Notes under the pieces: generated by a model
Database searches by the model: none
What the model was told of the DNA's origin: nothing
The model's input: only the letters and a program-made list of their open reading frames with translations
Part shown: positions 11,193 to 21,571 of the stretch, one piece after another
Layout: each line of letters begins with the position of its first letter
Numbering within the stretch: position 1 is the first letter of the stretch
Program-made: the position numbers and the translations under genes
From: Endomicrobiia bacterium
GTDB lineage: Bacteria > Elusimicrobiota > Endomicrobiia > DTEH01
DNA: 64,000 nucleotides
Direction: 5' to 3'
NCBI GenBank assembly: GCA_025059805.1
Contig: JANXDG010000068.1
Coordinates: 39,838-103,837 of the forward strand

Positions 11193-12215
11193 ATGGATTA
11201 TACATTAACTTTATTAATTTCATTTCTTATATCTGTTCTATTAACCCCTGTTTTTAGAAAGATAGCTTTAGTATTTAATATTCTTGATTATCCTGTCTCA
11301 GATATTAAAACACACAAAATTGCTACACCGTACCTAGGTGGTTTAGCTATTGCGTTTAGTTTCTTTTTAACATTGTTTCTTGTACGTCTGACAACACATT
11401 TCCCTACGGGAACTTTGAGGTCTTTACGTGGTATAATTTTTGGTAGTATTATAATTTTACTTCTTGGTTTAATTGACGATTTTAAATATAAAGGGATTCA
11501 TTATACTACAAAATTTATAGGAGAAGTTGTTGCAGCAATTATTCTTGTACAATATGGTATCAAAGTAAACTTCATTACACCTGAATGGTTCGCTTTATTA
11601 GTAACCTTTTTATGGATAATAGGTATTACTAATGCATTAAATCTTATAGATGTTATGGATGGTTTGTCTTCAGGAATAGGGATAATTTCTTCTTTAGGAC
11701 TTTTCTTAATTAGTAGATTTATAGAAGAAGAAATATATGTTGGTTATGCAAGTATAAGTTTAGCTGGTGCCTGTCTTGGATTTCTGCCTTATAATTTATC
11801 AAATAGGTATAAAATTTTCATGGGTGATACTGGAGCATTATTTTTAGGTTTTGTACTATCTGCTCTTACGCTTGGTGGTAGGTATTCAGTAAACAACCAG
11901 TTAGGTGTGTTGTCACCGTTGTACATTTTGTTTGTGCCAATATATGAAACAATTCTTATAAGTATGCTGAGGTTAAAACGAGGACAATCTCCGTTTATTG
12001 GTTCAAAGGATCATTTTTCACTGCGGTTGCTCACAATAGGTTTTGGTAAATCAAAAGTGCTGATAATAAGTTATATCATTAGCAGTTTAATTTGCTGTGC
12101 AGGGTTGATAATTGTTCTATCTAAGACTATCGCAATACCTGTGATATTAACATGTTTATTAACCTTATTTATAATTATTGCTACGAGATATCTTACAAAA
12201 GTTGAAATACAGTAG
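11193..12215 (+). CDS. Polyprenyl-phosphate N-acetylhexosamine-1-phosphate transferase (MraY/WecA family)
   Basis: Multi-TM protein with the family signatures LGLIDDFKYKG and NALNLIDVMDGLSSG. The tracked ORF begins at TTG 11181; ATG 11193 is more likely. Confidence 0.75.
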   Translation: MDYTLTLLISFLISVLLTPVFRKIALVFNILDYPVSDIKTHKIATPYLGGLAIAFSFFLTLFLVRLTTHFPTGTLRSLRGIIFGSIIILLLGLIDDFKYKGIHYTTKFIGEVVAAIILVQYGIKVNFITPEWFALLVTFLWIIGITNALNLIDVMDGLSSGIGIISSLGLFLISRFIEEEIYVGYASISLAGACLGFLPYNLSNRYKIFMGDTGALFLGFVLSALTLGGRYSVNNQLGVLSPLYILFVPIYETILISMLRLKRGQSPFIGSKDHFSLRLLTIGFGKSKVLIISYIISSLICCAGLIIVLSKTIAIPVILTCLLTLFIIIATRYLTKVEIQ

Positions 12216-12218
12216 AAG

Positions 12219-13538
12219 ATGAAGGTAGTAATCCTTGGTGGTGGATTAACAGGTCTGACATCTGCGTATGAACTTCAAAAAAAAGGTATTGATTATACCG
12301 TTATAGAAAAGGAACCTACTGTTGGCGGTTTATGTAGATCTGTTACTATTGGCGATTTCATTTTTGATTATACAGGTCATTTCTTACACTTTGATAAATC
12401 TTATAAACGTGCTAAAGAATTTGTTAGTCATATACTAAGTGGTAACATTATAAAATTAACACGTAATTCAAAAATTTATACAAAATATGCTCAAACAAGA
12501 GATAATTTAATACCATATCCCTTTCAGTTAAACATAAAGTATCTTAAACCTGCTATACGGAAAGAATGTCTCCAAGGTTTAGCTTGGTCTAACATTTTAA
12601 AGAGTAATAAAGTAAACAAAAATTTCAAACAATGGTTGATAGACAACTTCGGCGGAGGAATTACTAAATATTTTTTTGAACCATATAATAGAAAAATTTG
12701 GAATGTATCTTTAGACGAAATTTCTACAACATGGGTACAAAAATTTGTTCCACGTATTGATTTTGAAACTGTTTTTAACAATTTGATTTTTGGTACAGGT
12801 ACGGGCGAAAAATATGGATACAACTTTGAATTTTATTATCCAAAAAATCACGGAATACAGTCTTTAGTTAATGGTATATACAAACATTTAAATAATCACA
12901 AGGTTTTAACTTCTGCTGAAGTAGTTCGTGTAAACACAAAACGGAAACAGGTTTTATTTATACAAAATGATAAGATTCAATCCTTGAAGTATGATTATTT
13001 AATTTCAACAATACCATTACCAGAACTGCTTAAAGTTATTGATTTACATGGATTAAAAAAACATATAAATAATCTTAGATATGTAAGCGTAATATGTTTT
13101 AATATTGCTGTTAATAGACCTATAATGCCTGGTATCCACTGGATTTATTTTCCAGATACGGATATAATTTTTTACCGTATAGGATTTTATCATAATGTAT
13201 CCAAGAATTTAGTTAGACAAGGTTGTGGTTCAATATATGTTGAAGTTGCTGTGCAAGATATAAATAAAACCAATATAGATGCTCTCTTGAAAAAAGTAAA
13301 AAAACAACTTGTCAATATTAAGACTCTAAATTCTACGAAAGAAATTTTGTTCACTAACACTTTGTTGTTAACATATGCGTATGTTATATATGATCACTAT
13401 AGAGAAAAGTTTTTACCATATATATTACAAAAATTAAGAACACACAAAATTTATTCAATAGGTAGATATGGTGCATGGAAATATTCATATATGACTGAAA
13501 ATATTAAAGATGCTGTCGAAACTGTAGCGTTGATATGA
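12219..13538 (+). CDS. FAD-dependent oxidoreductase, UDP-galactopyranose-mutase-like (Glf / amine-oxidase superfamily)
   Basis: N-terminal VVILGGGLTGLTSAYEL...IEKEPTVGGLCRS dinucleotide fold. C-terminal GRYGAWKYSYM resembles the Glf GRLAEYKYYDM motif. Sits between a WecA-like transferase and a glycosyltransferase. Confidence 0.5.
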   Translation: MKVVILGGGLTGLTSAYELQKKGIDYTVIEKEPTVGGLCRSVTIGDFIFDYTGHFLHFDKSYKRAKEFVSHILSGNIIKLTRNSKIYTKYAQTRDNLIPYPFQLNIKYLKPAIRKECLQGLAWSNILKSNKVNKNFKQWLIDNFGGGITKYFFEPYNRKIWNVSLDEISTTWVQKFVPRIDFETVFNNLIFGTGTGEKYGYNFEFYYPKNHGIQSLVNGIYKHLNNHKVLTSAEVVRVNTKRKQVLFIQNDKIQSLKYDYLISTIPLPELLKVIDLHGLKKHINNLRYVSVICFNIAVNRPIMPGIHWIYFPDTDIIFYRIGFYHNVSKNLVRQGCGSIYVEVAVQDINKTNIDALLKKVKKQLVNIKTLNSTKEILFTNTLLLTYAYVIYDHYREKFLPYILQKLRTHKIYSIGRYGAWKYSYMTENIKDAVETVALI

Positions 13539-13580
13539 TATTAGAGTTATTAGTTGTTAGTAAAAGTTGGGAAGATAAGT

Positions 13581-14003
13581 ATGATATATTTTATACTTTT
13601 TTTAACAATTTTATTTTGGGGTATTTCTCCAATATTTGACAAACTTGGCGTTCGGCTTGTAGATCCGTTCACAGGAATTTTCTGGCGAAATTTAACGATA
13701 GCATTAGCATTTACTATTATCTACCTAATATATTCAAAAACTTACCGACCAATAAACACTAATTTTACTGGTATAATCTATTTTGTGATAAGTGGAATTT
13801 TTGCTGGAGTACTAGGAGTTTTGTTTTATTTTGTAGCTTTAAAAAAACTTGATGTTAGTATCGTTGTTCCTGTAGCTGCGACTTATCCTCTTGTTACTGC
13901 GATAGTTGCTGCTGTTTTTTTAAAAGAACAAATAACTTTTGTTAGAATTATCGGTATTATTCTAACAATAATAGGAATTTGTTTAATAACTGTACAAAGA
14001 TGA
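13581..14003 (+). CDS. Small 4-TM EamA/SMR-like membrane protein (ArnE/ArnF-like putative flippase subunit)
   Basis: About 140 aa and entirely hydrophobic helices (…VPVAATYPLVTAIVAAVFLKEQITF…IIGIILTIIGICLI). ATG 13581 follows a GGGAAG SD; the tracked ORF starts at TTG 13554. Confidence 0.5.
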   Translation: MIYFILFLTILFWGISPIFDKLGVRLVDPFTGIFWRNLTIALAFTIIYLIYSKTYRPINTNFTGIIYFVISGIFAGVLGVLFYFVALKKLDVSIVVPVAATYPLVTAIVAAVFLKEQITFVRIIGIILTIIGICLITVQR

Positions 14004-15205
14004 CACAAAGAATAAAAGTTTTACATATAATTACTAAGTTAGAACTTGGTGGTGCACAGCAAAATACGCTATATACCGTAGAACATCTTGACAAACAACA
14101 TTTTGATGTATATTTAGCGACAGGGAAAGGTGGCATACTTGATAATAAAGCAATAGAACTCGCAGCTAGGGGTAAAATTAAACTTTTTTTTGTTAGCGAC
14201 CTAGTACGTGAGATCAATCCATTTAAAGATTTCATATGTTTTATTGAGCTATTCTTATTAATTACAAGTATAAAACCAGATGTAGTACATACACATTCTT
14301 CTAAAGCAGGTATTTTAGGTCGTTGGGCAACAAAGTTTTATAATATCTTTATAGGTAACTTTTATCACAAAAAAATAAAAATTATACATACATTTCATGG
14401 GTTTGCTTTTAGCAAGTTTCATAATTTTTTTGTAAAAATTTTTTATATTGTGTTAGAGTTTTTTACTGGTATAATTACAGATATTTTAATATTTGTAGCA
14501 AAAGACAATATAAAAACAGCTAGGTTGTATAAGATAGGTTTTACGCGAAAATATATACTTATACGAAGTGGGATAAAAATTAAAGAATATTATTCTGTAA
14601 ATGACAATATAGAACTTAAACATAGTAAAAAAAGAGAATTTGGTATAGCAGATGATGTGAGAGTTATTACTACGATAGGAGCGTTTAAACCACAGAAAAA
14701 TTTGTCTGATTTTATTCATATGGTGAGAAAAGTATGCAATATTTTATCTGAACATAAATTACAATTTATAATTGTTGGCGATGGTGAGCAAAGAAGTAAA
14801 CTCGTTGTTTTAGCAAAAAAACTTAATGTGTTAAATAAAATAAAATTTTTATCTTGGTATTATGACATCAGAGGATTGTTCGCAATAACTGACATTTTTG
14901 TAATGACATCTTTGTGGGAAGGTTTGCCACGTGCTGCAGTTGAATCTTTAGTAAGTGGTGTGCCAGTAATAGCTTATGCAGTTGATGGTTTAAATGATAT
15001 TATCATTTCTGGTGTGAACGGTTTTCTTATTCCGCCGAAAGATTTGAACACTATGATTGAAAAAGTTGTCCTTTTACTTAAAAATGAAAGTTTATATAAG
15101 GAAATCAAAAAAAGAACAACACAAACTATTGACAATACATTTGATATTGATTATATGGTATTACAACAAGAAAATTTGTTAAAGTTAATTTGTGGAAGGA
15201 GATAG
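13999..15205 (+). CDS. Glycosyltransferase family 4 (GT-B, RfaG-like)
   Basis: [17 protein letters not shown]-terminus. C-terminal half has the GT4 E-x7-E region (…[26 protein letters not shown]). ATGA overlap with the upstream gene. Confidence 0.75.
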
Positions 15206-15206
15206 T

Positions 15207-16265
15207 ATGAATAAAAAATATAAGGTGACATTGATACCTGGTGATGGGACAGGTCCTGAACTGGTAAATATAGTAAAACATGTATTAGAATATACAGGAA
15301 TAGAAATAGAGTGGGAAGAAGTAGAAGCTGGCGAATCTGCATTGGAAAAATATGGTGATGTGTTACCACAAAATGTACTGGATTCTATAAGAAAAAATAA
15401 AGTTGCTTTGAAAGGTCCAATAACAACACCTGTTGGTACGGGATTTAGATCTGTAAATGTAGCTTTGAGACAAGAATTAAATCTTTATGCTTGTGTACGT
15501 CCATGTAAAATTTATCCCGGAGTGAAAACGAGATATGAAAATGTGGACCTTGTTGTGATAAGAGAAAATACTGAAGATCTTTACGCAGGTGTTGAATTTA
15601 AACCTTTTAGTGAAGAAGCAAAATATATCATACAGAAAAGTAACGGCAAAATTTTTGAAGACGCAGCTATATCGATAAAACCTATTTCCACAACAGCAAC
15701 TCGTCGTATTGCTGAATTTGCATTTAATTACGCAATAAAAAAAGGTAGAAAGAAGGTTACAGCTGTTACAAAAGCTAATATAATGAAGTATACGGACGGA
15801 TTATTTTTTGAAGTTTGCCGAGATGTAGCAAAAAATTTTCCTCAGATAGAATATGAGGAAAAACTTGTAGATAACATGTGTATGCAACTTGTTCAAAAAC
15901 CAGAACTTTATGATGTACTTTTATTACCTAATCTATATGGTGATATAATATCTGATTTATGTGCAGGTTTAGTGGGTGGGTTAGGTGTAGCACCTGGTGC
16001 AAACTATGGTGACGGTTGTGTGTTGTTTGAGGCGGTACATGGTTCAGCACCTAAGTATAAAGGGCTTAACAAAGTAAATCCCACAGCATTGTTGCTTTCA
16101 GCAACTATGATGCTTGAATATTTAGGAGAAACTGAAAAAGCTATAAAACTTGAGAGAGCAATTGCTGAGGTTATAAGAGAAGGAAAAGTTGTTACATATG
16201 ACCTTGGTGGTAATGCGAAAAATTATGAAATGGCAGAAGAAATAATTAAGAAATTGACCAAATGA
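15207..16265 (+). CDS. NAD-dependent isocitrate dehydrogenase-like (isocitrate/isopropylmalate dehydrogenase family)
   Basis: [50 protein letters not shown]. Confidence 0.8.
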   Translation: MNKKYKVTLIPGDGTGPELVNIVKHVLEYTGIEIEWEEVEAGESALEKYGDVLPQNVLDSIRKNKVALKGPITTPVGTGFRSVNVALRQELNLYACVRPCKIYPGVKTRYENVDLVVIRENTEDLYAGVEFKPFSEEAKYIIQKSNGKIFEDAAISIKPISTTATRRIAEFAFNYAIKKGRKKVTAVTKANIMKYTDGLFFEVCRDVAKNFPQIEYEEKLVDNMCMQLVQKPELYDVLLLPNLYGDIISDLCAGLVGGLGVAPGANYGDGCVLFEAVHGSAPKYKGLNKVNPTALLLSATMMLEYLGETEKAIKLERAIAEVIREGKVVTYDLGGNAKNYEMAEEIIKKLTK

Positions 16266-16288
16266 AAAATGTAAGTAACTGTTGATAT

Positions 16289-17461
16289 ATGCAAGTTTTT
16301 GTTCTAAACTCTGGTTCTTCAAGTGTAAAATGTGCTGTTTTTCAACATGAGAAACGAATATTTTCAGGTTTTATAGAAAGAATAGGATTTAATGATGCAC
16401 GAGTTCAGTACAAAGATTTTGTTGGTAATATCCAAGAAGATTATATAGAAAGTGTACTAAATCATCATCAAGCATTATTAGTTATAGCAAATACGCTTAA
16501 AAAACTACAATTTAAAATTGAAGCTATAGGACACAGAATTGTCCATGGCGGAGAAAAATTTTCTAAACCGGTTATTGTTAATGAAGAAGTTAAAAAATAC
16601 ATCAGAGACTGTATTGTACTCGCTCCGCTACATAATCCGTATAACTTATTAGGTATAGAAATATGTGAACAATATTTTCCAGGGATTACAAATGTTGCAG
16701 TGTTTGATACAGCGTTTCATTCAACAATTCCGAAAGAATATGCTATTTATCCGTTACCTTATGAATACTATGTTAAATATAAGATAAGAAAATACGGTTT
16801 TCACGGAACATCACATCAGTATCTTATGTTGAAAGCATCAGAGTTGCTTAACAAATCGCCTGAAAATTTAAAAATTATAACATGTCATCTTGGCAACGGT
16901 GCAAGTATTACTGCAATAAAGAACGGTAAAAGTGTTGATACTTCTATGGGTTTTACGCCTACTGCAGGGTTGATGATGGGTACAAGATGTGGTGATGTTG
17001 ATCCATCAGCAATTATATATTTGCAACAGGTAGAAAACATTTCAGCAAGGGATATGGAGGTGGTGATAACAAAAAAAAGTGGACTATTAGGTGTGTCCGG
17101 GATAAGCGCTGACATGCGCGAGATAGTTTTTAATATTGATAAAAGTACAAGAGCAAAACTTGCATTTAAGATGTATTGTTATTATGTAAAAAAGTATATC
17201 GCTTCATATATAGGAATACTTAATGGTGTTGATTGCATTGTTTTTTCAGCTGGTGTAGGTGAGAATTCTCCTCGTGTAAGAGAGGAAATTTTAAAAAATA
17301 TGGAAAATCTTGGTATAATTATTGATAAAGAAAAAAATTTTTCAACAGTTGGTAAAGATGGTATAATCTCAGCTGATGAGTCTCAAGTTAAGGTCATGGT
17401 GCTTAGGACTGACGAAGAGTTAATGATAGCAAAGATAACCGCACAGTTAGCAAAAGTTTAA
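16289..17461 (+). CDS. ackA: Acetate kinase
   Basis: VLNSGSSSVK, HRIVHGG, VFDTAFH, CHLGNGAS. Confidence 0.9.
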   Translation: MQVFVLNSGSSSVKCAVFQHEKRIFSGFIERIGFNDARVQYKDFVGNIQEDYIESVLNHHQALLVIANTLKKLQFKIEAIGHRIVHGGEKFSKPVIVNEEVKKYIRDCIVLAPLHNPYNLLGIEICEQYFPGITNVAVFDTAFHSTIPKEYAIYPLPYEYYVKYKIRKYGFHGTSHQYLMLKASELLNKSPENLKIITCHLGNGASITAIKNGKSVDTSMGFTPTAGLMMGTRCGDVDPSAIIYLQQVENISARDMEVVITKKSGLLGVSGISADMREIVFNIDKSTRAKLAFKMYCYYVKKYIASYIGILNGVDCIVFSAGVGENSPRVREEILKNMENLGIIIDKEKNFSTVGKDGIISADESQVKVMVLRTDEELMIAKITAQLAKV

Positions 17462-17889
17462 TGAAAATATCAATTGATAGAATAAAAAAAGAAGGTGTTG
17501 TTGATTTAGAATATGAAGATGAACAGTTTCAAAAAAAAGGTTTAAGGGAATTTGCAGAACAACCTTTGAAGATAAAGGTTACTCTTAGGTTAGTTGGTTC
17601 TAACAATATTTCAGTAAAAGGTGATATTGATGGTGAATTTAGTTTAATCTGCGACCGTTGCTGTGAAGAATTTGTTCATCATAAACATCTGATAATAGAT
17701 GAAGTTTTTGAACTGGATAAAAAAGAATTATCCGAACGTATGGTTAATCTAGACCTAAAAATAAGAGATTATGTTTTAGAAAGTTTTCCAATAAAAATAC
17801 TATGTAAAGAAGACTGTAAAGGAATATGTTCAGGTTGTGGTGTTAATTTGAACACGCAAGAATGCAAATGTAGATTTAAGAATAAATAA
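17461..17889 (+). CDS. yceD: YceD/DUF177 family protein (precedes rpmF-plsX)
   Basis: Conserved position upstream of rpmF. C-terminal Cys cluster CKEDCKGICSGCGVNLN. Confidence 0.7.
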   Translation: MKISIDRIKKEGVVDLEYEDEQFQKKGLREFAEQPLKIKVTLRLVGSNNISVKGDIDGEFSLICDRCCEEFVHHKHLIIDEVFELDKKELSERMVNLDLKIRDYVLESFPIKILCKEDCKGICSGCGVNLNTQECKCRFKNK

Positions 17890-17914
17890 AAAACTTGAGC
17901 AGGAGGTAAATAAA

Positions 17915-18121
17915 ATGCCAAATCCAAAAAAACATCATACACATTCGCGAACACGTATGCGTAGAGGACAGTGGATATTATCAACTCCAAATTTAACTCG
18001 TTGTCCACAGTGTGGTACGTATAAATTGTCACATAGAATATGTCCTAATTGTGGTTATTACAAAGGTGAACTATGGGTTACAAAGAAGGAAAAGACAAAA
18101 GAAACAACTACGACAAAGTAA
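17915..18121 (+). CDS. rpmF: 50S ribosomal protein L32
   Basis: MPNPKKHHTHSRTRMRR...CPQCG...CPNCGYY. SD GGAGGT. Confidence 0.9.
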   Translation: MPNPKKHHTHSRTRMRRGQWILSTPNLTRCPQCGTYKLSHRICPNCGYYKGELWVTKKEKTKETTTTK

Positions 18122-18148
18122 AGAAAAATATAACTGTGGAGTTATTAT

Positions 18149-19162
18149 ATGAAAATTGCAGTTGACGGTATGGGTGGTGACCATAATATTCCGCACATAA
18201 ACATTGAAGGTGCAAATTTAGCGTTGCAAGAAGATAAGAATTTGGAGGTTGTCCTTGTTGGACCTGAGAAGTTACTTCTTGAAAACATTGACAAAACAAT
18301 ACATTTGAAAGATGTAAGAAAAAGAATAAAAGTTGTAAATGCAGATGAAATTGTTTATATGGATGAGCAGCCGTCTAAAGTTTTAAGGTCAAAACAAAAT
18401 TCTTCCATAGGTGTTGGTATACACTTACTGAAAAATGATATTGTTGACGCTTTTGTTTCTGCTGGAAATTCAGGTGCAGTGGTAGCTTTTTCATTAACAC
18501 AGATAGGAACAGTGAAAAATGTAGACAGGCCAGCAATAGCTGCTGTTTTACCGACAATTTCTACTCGTTGTGTAATACTTGATGTAGGAGCTAATGTTGA
18601 TTGTAAACCGCAACATCTTGTTGAATTTGCACTTATGGGTAAAATTTACTGTGAAAAACTGCTTAATTTAAATAATCCTAAAGTAGCACTGTTATCAATA
18701 GGTACAGAAGAGGGTAAGGGGAATACGCAATCCTTGTTAGCATATCAACTTTTGCTAGAACAAAAATCGTTAAATTTTATCGGTAATATAGAAGGAAAAG
18801 ACATACCATTTGGAGTTGCAGACGTTGTTGTAGTGGATGGTTTTGTAGGTAATATAGTATTGAAGTTCGGGGAAGGTATTGCTGAAGTCTTGCTAAAACT
18901 TATAAAGCAATCATTGAAAAAGCATCCATTTGCATGGTTCGCACTGCCATTCGTGTGGAATGCAATACGAGATTTGAGGAAAAAAGTAGATTTCACAGAA
19001 TATGGTGGAGCTCCATTGTTAGGACTGGAAAAAGTTTGTATAATCTCACATGGAAGATCTAATGCTAAAGCGATAAAAAATGCAATACTAACTGCAAAGC
19101 AAATGGTTGAGAAAAGAGTAAATTACATTATTTCAGAATCAATGAAGAGAATATATGAATAA
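18149..19162 (+). CDS. plsX: Phosphate acyltransferase PlsX
   Basis: MKIAVDGMGGDH...GFVGNIVLKF. Confidence 0.9.
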   Translation: MKIAVDGMGGDHNIPHINIEGANLALQEDKNLEVVLVGPEKLLLENIDKTIHLKDVRKRIKVVNADEIVYMDEQPSKVLRSKQNSSIGVGIHLLKNDIVDAFVSAGNSGAVVAFSLTQIGTVKNVDRPAIAAVLPTISTRCVILDVGANVDCKPQHLVEFALMGKIYCEKLLNLNNPKVALLSIGTEEGKGNTQSLLAYQLLLEQKSLNFIGNIEGKDIPFGVADVVVVDGFVGNIVLKFGEGIAEVLLKLIKQSLKKHPFAWFALPFVWNAIRDLRKKVDFTEYGGAPLLGLEKVCIISHGRSNAKAIKNAILTAKQMVEKRVNYIISESMKRIYE

Positions 19163-20144
19163 AAAGGTAAAGATTTTATCAACAGGCCATTATGTTCCAC
19201 CTAAAGTGTTAACAAATTTCGATTTAGAAAAAATGGTGGATACTTCAGACGAATGGATAACTACACGTACAGGTATAAAGGAACGAAGAATTGTTGAACC
19301 TAATATATCAAGTAGTGACATAGCTGCTGAAGCTGCAAGAAACTGTCTAAATAAAGTAAATATTGATATTAATGAAATAGACACAATAATTGTTGCCACC
19401 ATAACTCCTGATATGTTTTTTCCATCTACAGCATGTATTGTACACAAAAAATTAGGAGGTAAAAACGAGCCAGCAGCGTTTGATATATCAGCTGCATGTA
19501 GTGGATTTATATATGGTTTAACTTTGGCAGAAGGATTAATACGAAACGGGAAAAGTAAAAATCTTTTGCTAATTGCTGCTGATGTATTATCAAAATTTAC
19601 AAATTGGAAAGATAGAAATACTTGTGTGCTATTTGGTGACGGTGCTGGTGCTATGCTACTTTCAGCAACTGATGATGAAGAAGATGCAATCCTCTCTACT
19701 TATTTAGGTGCTGATGGAAATTATGATGAATTGCTATATATCCCAGCAGGTGGTTCTAAAATGCCAGCTACCATAGAAACTGTTGAGAAAAGTTTGCATA
19801 CAATCTTTATGAGTGGTAAGGAAGTGTTCAAAGTTGCAGTAACAAAAATGGTAGAAGCTGCTAATAAAGCTTGTGAACTTGCAGGAATTACAACTGGTCA
19901 GATAGATTTGTTAATTCCACATCAGGCAAACTTGCGTATAATAACAGCTGTTGGTGATAGATTAGGTATACCACAGGACAAAGTTTTTGTAAACGTGGAT
20001 AAGTATGGTAATATGTCTGCAGCAACCGTAATTGTAGGTTTGGATCAAGCTATATCTAATGGTAGAGTGAAGAAAGGATCAATTGTTGAACTTGTTGCTT
20101 TTGGTGGTGGATTTACATGGGGTGCTACGGTTATAAAATTATAA
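19155..20144 (+). CDS. fabH: 3-oxoacyl-ACP synthase III
   Basis: AACSGF active-site Cys, IPHQANLRI, NMSAATV...AFGGGFTWGA. Confidence 0.9.
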   Translation: MNKKVKILSTGHYVPPKVLTNFDLEKMVDTSDEWITTRTGIKERRIVEPNISSSDIAAEAARNCLNKVNIDINEIDTIIVATITPDMFFPSTACIVHKKLGGKNEPAAFDISAACSGFIYGLTLAEGLIRNGKSKNLLLIAADVLSKFTNWKDRNTCVLFGDGAGAMLLSATDDEEDAILSTYLGADGNYDELLYIPAGGSKMPATIETVEKSLHTIFMSGKEVFKVAVTKMVEAANKACELAGITTGQIDLLIPHQANLRIITAVGDRLGIPQDKVFVNVDKYGNMSAATVIVGLDQAISNGRVKKGSIVELVAFGGGFTWGATVIKL

Positions 20145-20177
20145 GATCATTATTAGCAGTATAAGGAGGGAATTAAT

Positions 20178-20546
20178 ATGTTAGTAGAGAGAAGGAGAGA
20201 AAAAAGAATAGAAGTATTTCTTCAAGGTAACTTAAAAATAGAAGGTTTTGAAGAACATCTACCTGTTTGGGTTAAAAATATCTCTTCGTATGGTATGAAA
20301 TTAGCATTTTATAGAATATTTTACTGTAGTAACTGTTCAAAATTAGATGACTTATTATACTTTAGATGTTCAGAAAGTGAAAATTGTAAACTATACAATT
20401 TAGAAAACATCGTTAAGTTTTTATCCAAAGGTGAAATAAAAATAAGCACTAAAAATGAGAATGTAAATAAATCATATCAACTTAAGTGGTTTAAAATCTT
20501 TCCTGAACTTAGCGCTATAGAATTCGGTGTAGAATTTTTAAATTAG
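20178..20546 (+). CDS. PilZ-domain protein (putative c-di-GMP receptor) inserted between fabH and fabD
   Basis: The RRxxxR motif (RRREKR, aa 5-10) and the (D/N)xSxxG motif (NISSYG, aa 33-38) sit 23 residues apart. Very strong SD TAAGGAGGG. A Cys-rich C-terminal half follows. Confidence 0.6.
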   Translation: MLVERRREKRIEVFLQGNLKIEGFEEHLPVWVKNISSYGMKLAFYRIFYCSNCSKLDDLLYFRCSESENCKLYNLENIVKFLSKGEIKISTKNENVNKSYQLKWFKIFPELSAIEFGVEFLN

Positions 20547-20556
20547 GAGTTGTCAT

Positions 20557-21510
20557 ATGAAAATAGCAATAATATTTCCAGGACAAGGAAGTCAAAGTGT
20601 AGGTATGGGTAAGGATTTTTATGACAATTATGAATTTATAAGGAAATATTATGACGAAGCTAAAGAGATAGTTGGATATGACATCAAAGAGAAAATTTTT
20701 GAAGGGCCACAGGAAATCCTTATGCAAACTGAATATACACAACCATGTATATTTCTAACTTCATACGTAATTTTTGAAGTTTTGAAAAAAGAGTGTAACA
20801 AAATTGTGGAAAATACAAAATTTGTTGCGGGTCACAGTTTAGGTGAATATACTGCGGTTTGTGTAAGTGGAGCATTGAATTTTCATGAAACGTTATCTAC
20901 AGTAACTGCAAGAGGAAAAATTATGTCTGAAGTTTCTAAGAAACGTCCTGGTGGGATGCTGGCAATTGTAGGAGATATGAGTAAACAAGAGATACAGGAT
21001 ATTTGTGATGAAATTAAAAAAATTGGATATATAGTTGAACCTGTAAATTTTAATACTCCACAACAAACAGTAGTAGCAGGTGAATTAGAAGGATTGAATA
21101 AATTACAAAATATGTTAACCGAAAAAAAAGTTAAAGTAATAAAACTTAACGTTTCTGGAGCGTTCCATTCATCCCTTATGAACGAAGCACAGCATCTTTT
21201 TGCAGAAATACTAGATAAATTAGAAATTAAAAATTCAATGATACCTATAGTCTTTAATTACGATGCTAAGCCTCATACGGACAGTGAAGAAATACGTACA
21301 AATCTTAAATTACAAATAAATCATCCTGTCCTATGGGTAGATACAATAAGATATATTGGAGAAAACGGGGTTGATACGTTTATAGAGTGTGGGCCAGGAA
21401 AAGTATTGGCTGGAATGATAAAAAAAATTTTACCCGAAGCAAAGATTTTTAATGTAGATACGATAAATAATTTTCAATCAACTATTGACAATTTAAGACA
21501 ATTTTTCTAA
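20557..21510 (+). CDS. fabD: Malonyl-CoA:ACP transacylase
   Basis: FPGQGSQSVGMG, GHSLGEY. Confidence 0.9.
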   Translation: MKIAIIFPGQGSQSVGMGKDFYDNYEFIRKYYDEAKEIVGYDIKEKIFEGPQEILMQTEYTQPCIFLTSYVIFEVLKKECNKIVENTKFVAGHSLGEYTAVCVSGALNFHETLSTVTARGKIMSEVSKKRPGGMLAIVGDMSKQEIQDICDEIKKIGYIVEPVNFNTPQQTVVAGELEGLNKLQNMLTEKKVKVIKLNVSGAFHSSLMNEAQHLFAEILDKLEIKNSMIPIVFNYDAKPHTDSEEIRTNLKLQINHPVLWVDTIRYIGENGVDTFIECGPGKVLAGMIKKILPEAKIFNVDTINNFQSTIDNLRQFF

Positions 21511-21571
21511 AAAGCAACCTGCTTAATTTAAGATGGAACCAAAAACTTTGACAGGAAAAATTTAGTAACAT

